A stretch of 64,000 nucleotides of DNA from positions 499,917 through 563,916 of the forward strand of contig CAVWBJ010000001.1 of NCBI GenBank assembly GCA_963753235.1, written 5' to 3'. The notes beneath the pieces are model-generated. The model searched no databases. It was given only the letters and a program-made list of their open reading frames with translations, and had not been told where the DNA came from. The position numbers and the translations under genes were made by a program. Each line of letters starts with the position of its first letter. The first letter of the stretch is position 1. Source of the DNA: an uncultured Solirubrobacteraceae bacterium. Its GTDB lineage: Bacteria; Actinomycetota; Thermoleophilia; Solirubrobacterales; Solirubrobacteraceae. Shown one piece after another: positions 17,305 to 26,266 of the stretch.

Positions 17305-18660
17305 ATGCTCCGCCCACGTGCGGATGATGGCGCACGCCTCCCGTGGCGCGATGTTGCCGCGTCCGCGGTAACGGCCCTGAGTGTGGTGGTCTGCGGCGTC
17401 GCCATTGCGCTGAGTCCCCCAACCCACCTCGAGACGCTCAGCGTGATTCTCGGAGTCGGTGCGGTGGGGGCCGGCCTCCTGGTTGCTGGAGAGCAGGGTG
17501 GTCTCGCCGTCTCGGCCTCCTTCCTCGTTTTCGTTCTTGCTGCCGCCCTGCTGGGGCCGCTGTCCGCTGTCGCCGCGGCCGTGATCGCTGAAGCGGCGGC
17601 GGCAGCAACGATGAAGACGCACTGGAGAGCCGTCGTCTTCAACAACCTTCCGGTGGCCATCGTGCCGGCGGTCGTCGCCGCCGTCCTGATCCAGAGCATG
17701 ACGTCCAAGCCGGCGGACAGCGTCAGCTTCTACCTGGCCGTCGCATTGGCGGCGGCCGTCGGCTACATCGTCAGCTTTCCGATGTTCGTCCTGTTGCGGC
17801 GGCTCGTCTTCCCGGATGCCGAGCAGTTCGGCGTGGGGACGCTGATGGCGTTCCTGCCCAGCGGGGTGCTCAGCATTCTGCTGGCGATCGCCGGAATCGG
17901 GATCTACTTCAAGGTCGGCACGGCCGGGATCGCGTTCGCCCTGGTGGCCGTGTTTGCCTTCTCGTACATGGCGCACCTCCTGCACGAGTCCCGCCAGCGA
18001 GCCCAGCAGTACGTCTCGCTGTCCTGGGGGGTGCTGGCCGGGCTGATGCGCGCGCTGGACATCCGAGACGAGCGGGTGGCGCGCCATTCGGCGGCGGTGG
18101 CCCGGTTTGCCCGGGACATCGCGGAGGCGGTGGGGATGAGCGAGGTGGAGCGCGAGTTGGCCCATACGGCCGGGCTGCTGCATGACATCGGGCGGTTTGC
18201 GCTGTCAGACCGGGTGGCCGAGCGGGGGCGGACGCTGACCGAGGAGGACTGGATGGCGATCCAGCGCCACCCGGAACTGGGGGCGGACATGTTGCGCGAC
18301 CTCGGTATGTACGGGCCGGTGGCCGAGATTGTGCTGGCCCACCATGAGCGGATCGACGGGCGCGGCTACCCCTCCGGCCTCACCGAGGAGGAAATTCCGG
18401 AGATCGCCAAGATCATCTCAGTCGCCGAGGTGTACGACACGCTGACCGCCAGCGACACCTACCGGACGCGGATGAGCTCGTTCGAGGCCCTGACCGAGCT
18501 GCGGCGGGTCGCCGGCACGCAGGTCGACTCCCGGTACGTGGAGGTGCTGGCCGGTCTGCTCAGCGGCGAGGGCGTCGAGTACCGCCACGCCGACATGGCC
18601 GACTTCGACGAGGAGCTGGACATGGAGCGGCGGATCAACCAGGCGGGCGCGGGCGGGTAG
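17305..18660 (+). CDS. Membrane-anchored HD-GYP domain protein (putative c-di-GMP phosphodiesterase)
   Basis: The N-terminal ~230 aa are multi-TM. The C-terminal part has HSAAVARFA, LLHDIGRFAL, HHERIDGRGYPSGL (the HD...HHExxDGxGYP signature) and AEVYDTLT. Confidence 0.85.
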   Translation: MLRPRADDGARLPWRDVAASAVTALSVVVCGVAIALSPPTHLETLSVILGVGAVGAGLLVAGEQGGLAVSASFLVFVLAAALLGPLSAVAAAVIAEAAAAATMKTHWRAVVFNNLPVAIVPAVVAAVLIQSMTSKPADSVSFYLAVALAAAVGYIVSFPMFVLLRRLVFPDAEQFGVGTLMAFLPSGVLSILLAIAGIGIYFKVGTAGIAFALVAVFAFSYMAHLLHESRQRAQQYVSLSWGVLAGLMRALDIRDERVARHSAAVARFARDIAEAVGMSEVERELAHTAGLLHDIGRFALSDRVAERGRTLTEEDWMAIQRHPELGADMLRDLGMYGPVAEIVLAHHERIDGRGYPSGLTEEEIPEIAKIISVAEVYDTLTASDTYRTRMSSFEALTELRRVAGTQVDSRYVEVLAGLLSGEGVEYRHADMADFDEELDMERRINQAGAGG

Positions 18661-18777
18661 AGGCCCGCGCGGTGGCCGCCCGGGATGCAGTGGCGCCCCG
18701 GACGCGGTGCCCCGGACTCGGCCGAGCGGTGCCGTCCCAGACGCGGACGTCGCCGAGCCCGCGGGGGCCACGGCGGC

Positions 18778-18812
18778 GGGCACGCGCCCACGAAAGCGGG
18801 CACGGGCCCACG
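18778..18812. repeat. Tandem 15-nt direct repeat (GGGCACGCGCCCACG / GGGCACGGGCCCACG)
   Basis: Two copies with one mismatch are separated by AAAGC. They lie in the convergent intergenic region between the HD-GYP gene and the BldC-like gene. Confidence 0.5.
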
Positions 18813-18865
18813 GCGCGCACGCCGACCCGGCCGCGGCCTCAGATCAGCCGCGGACCCCGCCCACC

Positions 18866-18907
18866 GCATGCCGCGAGCATGCAGATCGGCATGCCGGCAG
18901 CATGCAG
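18866..18907. repeat. Tandem 19-nt direct repeat, each unit holding two GCATGC palindromes
   Basis: GCATGCCGCGAGCATGCAG - ATCG - GCATGCCGGCAGCATGCAG has 2 mismatches. Each unit can fold as a GCATGC/GCATGC 6-bp hairpin. It lies 41 nt 3' of the BldC-like gene stop. Confidence 0.55.
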
Positions 18908-18947
18908 CCGCCGGCGGTGAATAGGGATGTGATGGTGGTGGGTTGTC

Positions 18948-19172
18948 TCAGCCGACCTGGCGATCAAGCAGCGAGTCAGAGCTCTGCTGCTCCAGCGAGC
19001 CGACGAACTTGTCGATCTGCTCCTGGCTGAAGCGGCGCTGCCCACCTGGGGTCCGGTAGGACTCCAGATAGCCCATATCCGACCAACGCCGGATGGTGCC
19101 GAGCGATACGCCGAGCGCCTGCGCTGCCTGCGAGGTCGAGAGGCCCAGCGGGCTTCCTTGAATCTGCCTCAT
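18948..19172 (-). CDS. Small MerR/excisionase-type HTH DNA-binding protein (BldC-like)
   Basis: 74 aa. LSTSQAAQALGVSLGTIRRWSDMGYLESYRTPGGQRRFSQEQI is the minimal winged-HTH typical of excisionase/BldC-like proteins, and there is no effector domain. Confidence 0.7.
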   Translation of the reverse strand: MRQIQGSPLGLSTSQAAQALGVSLGTIRRWSDMGYLESYRTPGGQRRFSQEQIDKFVGSLEQQSSDSLLDRQVG

Positions 19173-19191
19173 GGCTCAATTCCAGCGCTTT

Positions 19192-19234
19192 TTGCGCAAC
19201 CTTGGGGAAACAAGTACAGCAATTGCACAACCTT
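19192..19234. promoter_or_regulatory. Direct repeat TTGCRCAACCTT x2 in the divergent promoter region
   Basis: TTGCGCAACCTT (19192..19203) and TTGCACAACCTT (19223..19234) have a start-to-start spacing of 31 bp. They begin 20 bp upstream of the BldC-like start codon, in a lower-GC intergenic stretch. Confidence 0.4.
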
Positions 19235-19380
19235 TTAAGGACAAATCATGATGATCTCATGCCGATGTCCATAAACCCGGTCGGACATCCGGCGCGTGGC
19301 TACACGGTAGCCGGTGTGGACGCGAGATGGTGCACCGGGGCACCCAGATGCGGACGAAAGGATGAGAGGATCCGCTCCCC

Positions 19381-20220
19381 ATGCGGCTGCGGCTCTACCA
19401 CCATCAGGACGGCGCTCGCGTCGCCTACCGGGAAACCGGCACCGGACCGCCGCTCGTCCTGCTCCATTCACTGGGCCTTTCGCACCGGGAGTGGGAACCC
19501 ATCGTCGACCCGCTGTCGGCTCGCTTCCGGGTGGTGCTCCCGGACCTTCCGCTGCACGGCGACTCCGAGGACCGGCCACGCCATTCCTACTCGCCGGATT
19601 GGCTGGCCGACGTCATGTCCGGGTTCTGCCGGGAGGCGGGCGGGCCCCGCTGCCTGGTGGCCGGTCACGACCTGGGCGCCGAGCTGGCGCTGCTGGCGGT
19701 CACCACCGGCCGGCTGAGCGTGGCCCGCCTGGTCCTCATGCCCAACCGCCTGCACCGGCGAGACGCGTTCGGCGCCCAGCGCGCCGCCTGGCGCGCCGCC
19801 TGCCGGCTCGCCGCCCTGCCGGGACTGGATCGGCCGCTCTCCCACGCCGCCAAGCTGGTGTTCCGGCCGACGGTGGCCGAGCGGCTGAGCGTCCAGCACA
19901 ACGCGGCGGCCAAGGACCTCATCCGCCACGCCTTCGCCGATGTGGGGGGCAACGGCAACCGGGCACGCTCCTGGGGGAAGTTCGCCCGCCGCTGGCCGGT
20001 GGAGGCCCAGAGCCAGCTGCTGGACGCCTACCCCCAGATGCACATGCCGGTCCTCCTGCTGTGGGCCGAGGATGACCCCGCCCACCCGCTGGAGGCCGCC
20101 ACCGAAGCGCTGGACCTGCTGCCTGATGCGCAGCTGCGCACGCTGGCCGATGCCGGGTTCCTGATCGCCTACGACGACCCGGTCGGCGTCGCCCGCGAGC
20201 TCATCTCGTTCTGCGGCTGA
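19381..20220 (+). CDS. Alpha/beta-fold hydrolase with an Asp at the nucleophile elbow (epoxide hydrolase/dehalogenase-like)
   Basis: PPLVLLHSLG is present, the nucleophile elbow reads VAGHDLGA (Asp instead of Ser), and the C-terminus has DAGFLIAYDDP. Confidence 0.8.
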   Translation: MRLRLYHHQDGARVAYRETGTGPPLVLLHSLGLSHREWEPIVDPLSARFRVVLPDLPLHGDSEDRPRHSYSPDWLADVMSGFCREAGGPRCLVAGHDLGAELALLAVTTGRLSVARLVLMPNRLHRRDAFGAQRAAWRAACRLAALPGLDRPLSHAAKLVFRPTVAERLSVQHNAAAKDLIRHAFADVGGNGNRARSWGKFARRWPVEAQSQLLDAYPQMHMPVLLLWAEDDPAHPLEAATEALDLLPDAQLRTLADAGFLIAYDDPVGVARELISFCG

Positions 20221-20317
20221 CCGGCCGCGCAGAACCCCGCGGGACCGGCCGTCCGGGAGACCCGCGGAGCGCTAGCGTTCTGACGGTCAGAGCTACGAAT
20301 TTTTGCGAAAGGAAACC

Positions 20318-21658
20318 ATGAGCCTGCAGGAGAGAGAGCAGCTATGGGGCGGCGAGACGACCAAGGCGGTCGCCAACTTCCCCATCTCCGGGGAGACGGT
20401 TCCGGTCTCGGTCATCCGCTGGCTGGCGCAGATCAAGGGCGCGGCGGCGCGGGTCAACGGCGATCTCGGCCTGCTGGACGCCGATCTGGCCGAGCGCATC
20501 GCCGCCGCCGCCGACCGGGTGGCGGCCGGCGAGTTTGACGACCAGTTCCCGATCGACGTGTTCCAGACCGGCTCGGGCACCTCCACCAACATGAACGCCA
20601 ACGAGGTCATCGCCACCCTGGCCAACGAGGGCGAACCGGCGCAGAAGGCCCACCCCAACGATCACGTGAACATGGGGCAGTCGTCCAACGACGTGTTCCC
20701 CTCCGCGGTGCATCTGGCGGCGCTGGACCGGGCCACCAACCAGCTGCTCCCGGCGCTGGACCAGCTGGAGGCCTCCTTCCAGGCCCGGGCCGAGGAGTTC
20801 AAGGACATCGTCAAGGCCGGACGCACCCACCTGATGGACGCCGTGCCCGTGACCCTGGGCCAGGAGTTCTCCGGCTATGCCGCCCAGGTGCGCCTGGCGG
20901 GCCTGCGGGTCCGCAACGCCCTGCCCCAGGTGGGCCAGATCCCGCTGGGCGGGACCGCCACCGGCACCGGGCTGAACACCCATAAGGAGTTCGCCATCCG
21001 GGTGCGGGCCCGGCTGACCGAGACCACCTCGCTGGACATTCGCGGACCTGAGGACCCGTTTGAGGCCCAGGGCAACCGCGACGCCCTGATCGAGCTGTCC
21101 GGGGCGCTGAAGGTGATCGCCGTCTCGTTCACCAAGATCGCCAACGATCTGGCACTGCTCGGCTCCGGCCCCCGGGCCGGCCTCGGCGAGATTCTCCTCC
21201 CGGAGCTGCAGAAGGGCTCCTCCATCATGCCCGGCAAGGTCAACCCGGTCATCCCCGAGGTCGTCCTCCAGGTCTCGGCCCAGGTCATCGGCAACGACGC
21301 CGCGGTCACCATCGGCGGCATGCAGGGCAACTTTGAGCTCAACGTCCGGGTTCCGCTCATCGCTCGCAACCTGCTGGAGTCCATCAACCTGCTCGCGGCC
21401 ACGGCCCGCACGTTCGCCGAGAAGTGCGTCGACGGGATCCAGGCCAACGAGGCGGGCTGCCACCAGTCGGCCGAGGCGACCCTGGCCGCCGCCACCGCGC
21501 TCAACCCGTACATCGGCTACGACAAGGCGACCGAGATCGTCAAGGAGGCGGCCAACTCCGGGCGGATGCTGCGCGAGGTGGCCTACGAGAAGGGCGTCGA
21601 CGAGGACACCTACAACCAGGCGATGGACCTCCGCGCCATGGCGCGGGGCAATACGTAG
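20318..21658 (+). CDS. fumC: Class II fumarate hydratase (fumarase/aspartase superfamily)
   Basis: TGSGTSTNMNANEV, GQSSNDVFP, HLMDAVPVTLGQEF and the GSSIMPGKVNP signature loop are present. ATG 20318 is preceded by AAGGAA. Fumarase versus aspartase cannot be settled by eye. Confidence 0.8.
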   Translation: MSLQEREQLWGGETTKAVANFPISGETVPVSVIRWLAQIKGAAARVNGDLGLLDADLAERIAAAADRVAAGEFDDQFPIDVFQTGSGTSTNMNANEVIATLANEGEPAQKAHPNDHVNMGQSSNDVFPSAVHLAALDRATNQLLPALDQLEASFQARAEEFKDIVKAGRTHLMDAVPVTLGQEFSGYAAQVRLAGLRVRNALPQVGQIPLGGTATGTGLNTHKEFAIRVRARLTETTSLDIRGPEDPFEAQGNRDALIELSGALKVIAVSFTKIANDLALLGSGPRAGLGEILLPELQKGSSIMPGKVNPVIPEVVLQVSAQVIGNDAAVTIGGMQGNFELNVRVPLIARNLLESINLLAATARTFAEKCVDGIQANEAGCHQSAEATLAAATALNPYIGYDKATEIVKEAANSGRMLREVAYEKGVDEDTYNQAMDLRAMARGNT

Positions 21659-21788
21659 CCGCGCAGCAAATCGGGGGCGGGCAGCGCCTGCGCATCGATT
21701 TATTGCAAATCAGGAGGACCTGGCGCGCGGTCACCGGGCTGAGTGATTGAATGCGCGCGCACATCAACTCCTGGCAGGGGGTATTGCC

Positions 21789-23177
21789 TTGAAGCATGCC
21801 GTGATACGGGCGCTTTCGTGCGCCCTGTTCCTCTCGGTCTGTGGCGCCGCGACGGCGTCTGCGGATCCGTTTCACACCCAGTTCCCGGGCCGGTTTGCGC
21901 AGCCGCCGACCACGCAGCAGTGCGAGGCCGCGATCAAGATCGCCTGCTACGGCCCCACGCAGTACCAGCAGGCCTACGACATGAACCCGCTGTACAGCAA
22001 CGGCCTGACCGGCAAGGGCAAGACGATTGTGATCGTCGACTCGTTCGGCTCGCCGACCATCCAGAACGACCTGGCCACGTTCGATCAGGCCTATGGCCTG
22101 CCCGCGCCGCCGTCGCTCAAGGTCATCGCCCCGGAGGGAGCGATTCCGCCGTTTGACGGCAGCGCCGGCTCAGTCCAGTCCAACTGGGGCGTTGAGACCT
22201 CATTGGACGTGGAGTACGCCCACGCCATGGCCCCGGGGGCGAACATCCTCCTGGTGGAGACGCCGGTCGCCGAGACCGAGGGCACCGTTGGGCTGCCCCA
22301 GATGATGGACGCCGAGAAGTACGTGATCGATCACCACATGGGCGATGTCATCACCCAGAGCTTCGGCGCCACCGAGGAGACATTCCCCAGCGCCCGCTCC
22401 ATCTATGGCCTGCGGTATGCCTACTACGATGCTCTGGCTCACCGGGTGACGGTGCTGGGCGCCTCGGGTGACGCCGGTCCGACCGACTACACCAACGCTC
22501 CCGACCAGTCCGACCTGTATCCGTTCCGGGTCAACAGCTGGCCGTCGTCAGATCCGCTGGTCACATCGGTGGGCGGCACTCAGCTGCACCTGGACGCTAC
22601 CGGCAACCGGATTGCTCCGGACAACGCCTGGAACGACACCGCGCTGCTCGGCGGTCCGGCCGCCGGCGGTGGCGGGGTGTCGGCGGTGTTCTCCCGGCCC
22701 TGGTACCAGGACGCCGTGCGCGGGACGGTTGACGGTCGGCGGGGGACGCCGGACGTCAGCATGAGCGCGGCGGTGAACGGTGGCGCCAACGTCTACTGGA
22801 GCTTCACCGGACAGGGGACGCCGGGCTGGCACATCGTGGGAGGGACCAGCGAGGCCTCCCCGCTGTTCTCCGGAGTCGTGGCCGTGGCCGATCAGGCGGC
22901 CGGCCGGGATCTGGGTCTGATCAACCCGGCGCTCTACGGCATGGGGAACCGCCCCGGCGGGGGATTGGTCGACGTGACGGCCGGTGACACCACCGTCTCG
23001 TTCACCAACCCGTCCACCGACCCGTATCCGGGACCGCACACGGTCCCCGGCTACACCGGCGTGCCGGGCTATGACATGGCCACCGGCCTGGGCACGGCGG
23101 ACGGCGCCAAGCTGGTCGGCGCGCTGGCCGAGCAGGGCGGTCACGAGCGCGGCCACCGCGAGCCGCACCACCGCTGA
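21789..23177 (+). CDS. Secreted S53 (sedolisin/kumamolisin-like) serine peptidase
   Basis: The track ORF begins at TTG 21747. TTG 21789 gives a clean signal peptide (LKHAVIRALSCALFLSVCGAATASA). SLDVEYAHAMAP, GASGDAG and GGTSEASPLFSG match the Glu/Asp/Ser sedolisin catalytic blocks. Confidence 0.8.
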   Translation: MKHAVIRALSCALFLSVCGAATASADPFHTQFPGRFAQPPTTQQCEAAIKIACYGPTQYQQAYDMNPLYSNGLTGKGKTIVIVDSFGSPTIQNDLATFDQAYGLPAPPSLKVIAPEGAIPPFDGSAGSVQSNWGVETSLDVEYAHAMAPGANILLVETPVAETEGTVGLPQMMDAEKYVIDHHMGDVITQSFGATEETFPSARSIYGLRYAYYDALAHRVTVLGASGDAGPTDYTNAPDQSDLYPFRVNSWPSSDPLVTSVGGTQLHLDATGNRIAPDNAWNDTALLGGPAAGGGGVSAVFSRPWYQDAVRGTVDGRRGTPDVSMSAAVNGGANVYWSFTGQGTPGWHIVGGTSEASPLFSGVVAVADQAAGRDLGLINPALYGMGNRPGGGLVDVTAGDTTVSFTNPSTDPYPGPHTVPGYTGVPGYDMATGLGTADGAKLVGALAEQGGHERGHREPHHR

Positions 23178-23243
23178 CCGACTGAAGCACGGGGCATCAC
23201 GGCGCTCGCTCGGCTCCGGCCGGGCGGGCGCCGCCGCCTCGTC

Positions 23244-24890
23244 TCAGGTGGCGACGGTCTCGGCGCCGAGCTCCCGGGAGATCGCCACGTCGACCGAGTA
23301 GTCGATCGGCACCACGATCACCGACGGGACATCAAGCGCCAGCGCCTGGGTCAGCCGCTGGGAGAACTCGTCGGCGCTGGCGCAGCGCCAGGCGGGCGCT
23401 CCGAAGGCCTCGGCGAGCTTGACGAAGTCCGGGTTGCCGAAGTCGACGCCGAAATGGCGACCGAACTTGTTGTCCTGCTTCCAGACGATCGAGCCGAACT
23501 GGCCGTTCTCCCAGATGACGTTGACCACCGGCGTCTTGAGCCGGACGGCGGTCTCCAGCTCCTGGCAGTTCATGAGAAAGCCGCCGTCGCCGCTGACCGT
23601 GACCACATGGCGGTGCGGGTCGACGAGCTTGGCGGCGATGGCGGTCGGCAGGGCAAACCCCATCCCGGCCAGGCCGTTGGCGATGAGCACCGTGCCCGGC
23701 TCATGGGCGGGGAACATCCGTCCGATCCACAGCTTGTGCAGCCCCACGTCGGAGACCAGCAGGTCGTTGCGGCCGAGCCCGGAGCGGAGATCGCACAGGA
23801 CCCGGGGCGGACGCATCGGAAAGTGATCGTCGTCGGAGGCGTCGGCGAGGGCGCCCACCACCAGTTCACGCAGGCGGTCGGGTGCGGCCCGCTGTGACTG
23901 CTTGCGGCTGCAGCCGGCGGCCAGGCGGGCCAGGACGTGGGCGATGTCGCCGATCAGCTCCACCTCCGGCATGAAGAACTCGTCGATCTCCGCCGCCACC
24001 GTGTCGATCACCACAATCTTCTTGTTGGCCTGCGGGTTCCAGTGCTGGGGGGCGTGCTCGACCAGGTCGTAGCCGACGGCGATCACCACGTCGGCGTCGT
24101 CGAAGCCGGCCAGTTCGTAGTCCCGGGCCTGGAGCCCGACCGTGCCCAGCGCGTGGGCATCCTCGTAGTCGAGCAGGCCCTTGGCCATGAACGTCTCGGC
24201 CACCGGGATCCCGGTGGTGTGGACGAACGCCCGCAGAGCCCGGCTGGCATGGGTGCGGATGGCGCCGTTGCCCGCCAGGATGATCGGGTTCTCCGCGGCC
24301 ATGATGACCTCGGTGGCGCGCTGGAGCTCCTTCATCCCCGGCTCCGGCTGCACGGGCGCGTGCGGGGGCAGCGGCCGGGCGTCCAGCGGACGCGCCATCA
24401 CGTCCTCGGGCAGCTCCAGATGTGTCGAGCCCGGCTTCTCGGACTCGGCCACCTTGAACGCCTTGCGAACCACCTCCGGGACGATCTCGGCACTGGAGAC
24501 GCGGGCATTCCATTTAACAACTGGGCGGAGGATGCCGATCAAGTCGATGTACTGGTGTGACTCCTTGTGCATCCGCTCCAGATCCGACTGTCCGGTCAGC
24601 GCCACCAGAGGGGCGCGGTCCAGGAACGCGTCGGCGACGGGGGTCACCAGGTTGGTCGCGCCGGGGCCGAGCGTGCCCAGGCAGACGCCGGCCCGCCCGG
24701 TCAGACGACCCCAGGCGTCGGCCATGTACGCCCCGCCCTGCTCATGACGCACCGGAACGAACTGAACCGAGGAATCCGCCAGAGATTCATTGAGATCCAG
24801 GGTCTCCTCACCCGGGATTCCGAACACGTACTGGACCCCTTCGGCCTCCAAGCACTCCACAAAGACATCTGACGCCTTGCGCTCACGCAC
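23244..24890 (-). CDS. Thiamine-diphosphate enzyme, acetolactate synthase large-subunit family
   Basis: 548 aa with VFGIPGEE, GPGATNLVT and the TPP-binding GDGGFLMN...N motif. GTG start at 24890. Confidence 0.85.
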   Translation of the reverse strand: MRERKASDVFVECLEAEGVQYVFGIPGEETLDLNESLADSSVQFVPVRHEQGGAYMADAWGRLTGRAGVCLGTLGPGATNLVTPVADAFLDRAPLVALTGQSDLERMHKESHQYIDLIGILRPVVKWNARVSSAEIVPEVVRKAFKVAESEKPGSTHLELPEDVMARPLDARPLPPHAPVQPEPGMKELQRATEVIMAAENPIILAGNGAIRTHASRALRAFVHTTGIPVAETFMAKGLLDYEDAHALGTVGLQARDYELAGFDDADVVIAVGYDLVEHAPQHWNPQANKKIVVIDTVAAEIDEFFMPEVELIGDIAHVLARLAAGCSRKQSQRAAPDRLRELVVGALADASDDDHFPMRPPRVLCDLRSGLGRNDLLVSDVGLHKLWIGRMFPAHEPGTVLIANGLAGMGFALPTAIAAKLVDPHRHVVTVSGDGGFLMNCQELETAVRLKTPVVNVIWENGQFGSIVWKQDNKFGRHFGVDFGNPDFVKLAEAFGAPAWRCASADEFSQRLTQALALDVPSVIVVPIDYSVDVAISRELGAETVAT

Positions 24891-24912
24891 ACGCCCACCC
24901 TACCCAATCCCT

Positions 24913-26244
24913 TTGGCAAAGACGCTGACCCTGCGGGCCCTCCGGACGGGCCTCACGGCGGCGGTTCTCCTGCTGGTGGTGACGGCCGCCGCCAACGCCG
25001 CCAGCGTCCTGGTCATCCGCGGCGGCGGCTTCGGTCACGGCATCGGGATGAGTCAGTACGGGGCCGAGGGCTATGCCCTGCACGGTGCCGATTACCGCAC
25101 CATTCTGGGCCACTACTACACCGGGACGGCGCTGGCCACCACCGATCCGGAGCGCACCGTCCGGGTACTGCTCGCCACCGGCCGGGCCTCGTTCAGCGGC
25201 GCCACGGTGGCGCCCGGCCAGCACCTGCAGGGCGGCAGCACGTACACGGTCACCGCCACCGCGGGCGGCCGGCTCCAGCTGCACTCCTCGGCGGGCAAGC
25301 TGGTCGGCACCTTCGCTGCTCCGCTCACCGTCTCCGGATCAGGGCCCCTGACCGTGCCCGGGGCCGGCAGTTACCGCGGGTCGTTGCAGTTCACCCCGGC
25401 CGGCGGTGGCGGGGTGAACACCGTGAACGCGGTGGGGCTTGACGATTATGTCCGCGGCGTGGTGGCCGAGGAGATGCCGGGCTCGTGGGCCCCGGCGGCA
25501 CTCCAGGCCCAGGCGGTGGCGGCCCGCACGTACGCCATCACCACCACCGTGGGGGCGGGTGCCTACGACCTGTACGACGACACCCGGTCCCAGGTCTACG
25601 GCGGGGTGGGCGCCGAGACCGCTGCCACCAATGCCGCCGTGGCCGCCACCAGCGGCCAGGTCGTCACCTACCACGGCGTCCCGGCGGTCACCTACTTCTT
25701 CTCCAGCTCCGGCGGCCATACCGAGAACATCCAGGACGTCTGGCCCGGTGCCACTCCGGAGCCCTGGCTGCGCGGGGTCTCGGACCCCTACGACGCCGCC
25801 GCCGGCAATCCCTACCACCGCTGGAACCTGCCGCTGAGCCTGGGTGCGGCTGCGGCCAGGCTGGCCGGCCTGGTCCGCGGGAAGCTGGTGGGGATCAGCG
25901 TGGTCCGCCAGGGCACGTCCGGGCGGATCATGGCCGCCCGCGTGGTCGGCACCCGCGGTCAGACGACGGTGAGCGGCGGACAGCTGCAGGCCGCATTCGG
26001 CCTGGACTCCACCCTGGCCACCTTCACCACCATCACCACCCAGGACCCGGCCGGGCGTCTGACCGGAACCATCTTCCCGGCGCCGCGGGGGACGGTGGCC
26101 ATCCAGCGCCTGACCGGCCGTCGCTGGCGGACGCTGGCGCGGGTGGCGGTGACGCGTGGGGGGCGGTTTGCGGCCACGGAGCCGGCCGGTCGCTACCGGA
26201 TCGCCGCCGGACCGGCGAACGGTCCCACCGTCACCGTCCCGTAG
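24913..26244 (+). CDS. SpoIID/LytB domain-containing secreted protein
   Basis: There is a signal-like N-terminus (LTAAVLLLVVTAAANA). GHGIGMSQYGA, YVRGVVAEEMP, AQAVAARTYA and FFSSSGGHTEN are SpoIID blocks. TTG 24913 was chosen because upstream frames overlap the divergent gene. Confidence 0.8.
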   Translation: MAKTLTLRALRTGLTAAVLLLVVTAAANAASVLVIRGGGFGHGIGMSQYGAEGYALHGADYRTILGHYYTGTALATTDPERTVRVLLATGRASFSGATVAPGQHLQGGSTYTVTATAGGRLQLHSSAGKLVGTFAAPLTVSGSGPLTVPGAGSYRGSLQFTPAGGGGVNTVNAVGLDDYVRGVVAEEMPGSWAPAALQAQAVAARTYAITTTVGAGAYDLYDDTRSQVYGGVGAETAATNAAVAATSGQVVTYHGVPAVTYFFSSSGGHTENIQDVWPGATPEPWLRGVSDPYDAAAGNPYHRWNLPLSLGAAAARLAGLVRGKLVGISVVRQGTSGRIMAARVVGTRGQTTVSGGQLQAAFGLDSTLATFTTITTQDPAGRLTGTIFPAPRGTVAIQRLTGRRWRTLARVAVTRGGRFAATEPAGRYRIAAGPANGPTVTVP

Positions 26245-26266
26245 CCGTACTACTGTCCGGGCTGCC

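Noticed and set aside
21712-21717. Consensus AGGAGG downstream of fumC.
   Set aside because: No ATG, GTG or TTG lies within 5-12 nt; the nearest candidates are 30 nt or more away. The only nearby codon, CTG, opens a 9-codon frame, so this is probably chance or part of the fumC terminator region.
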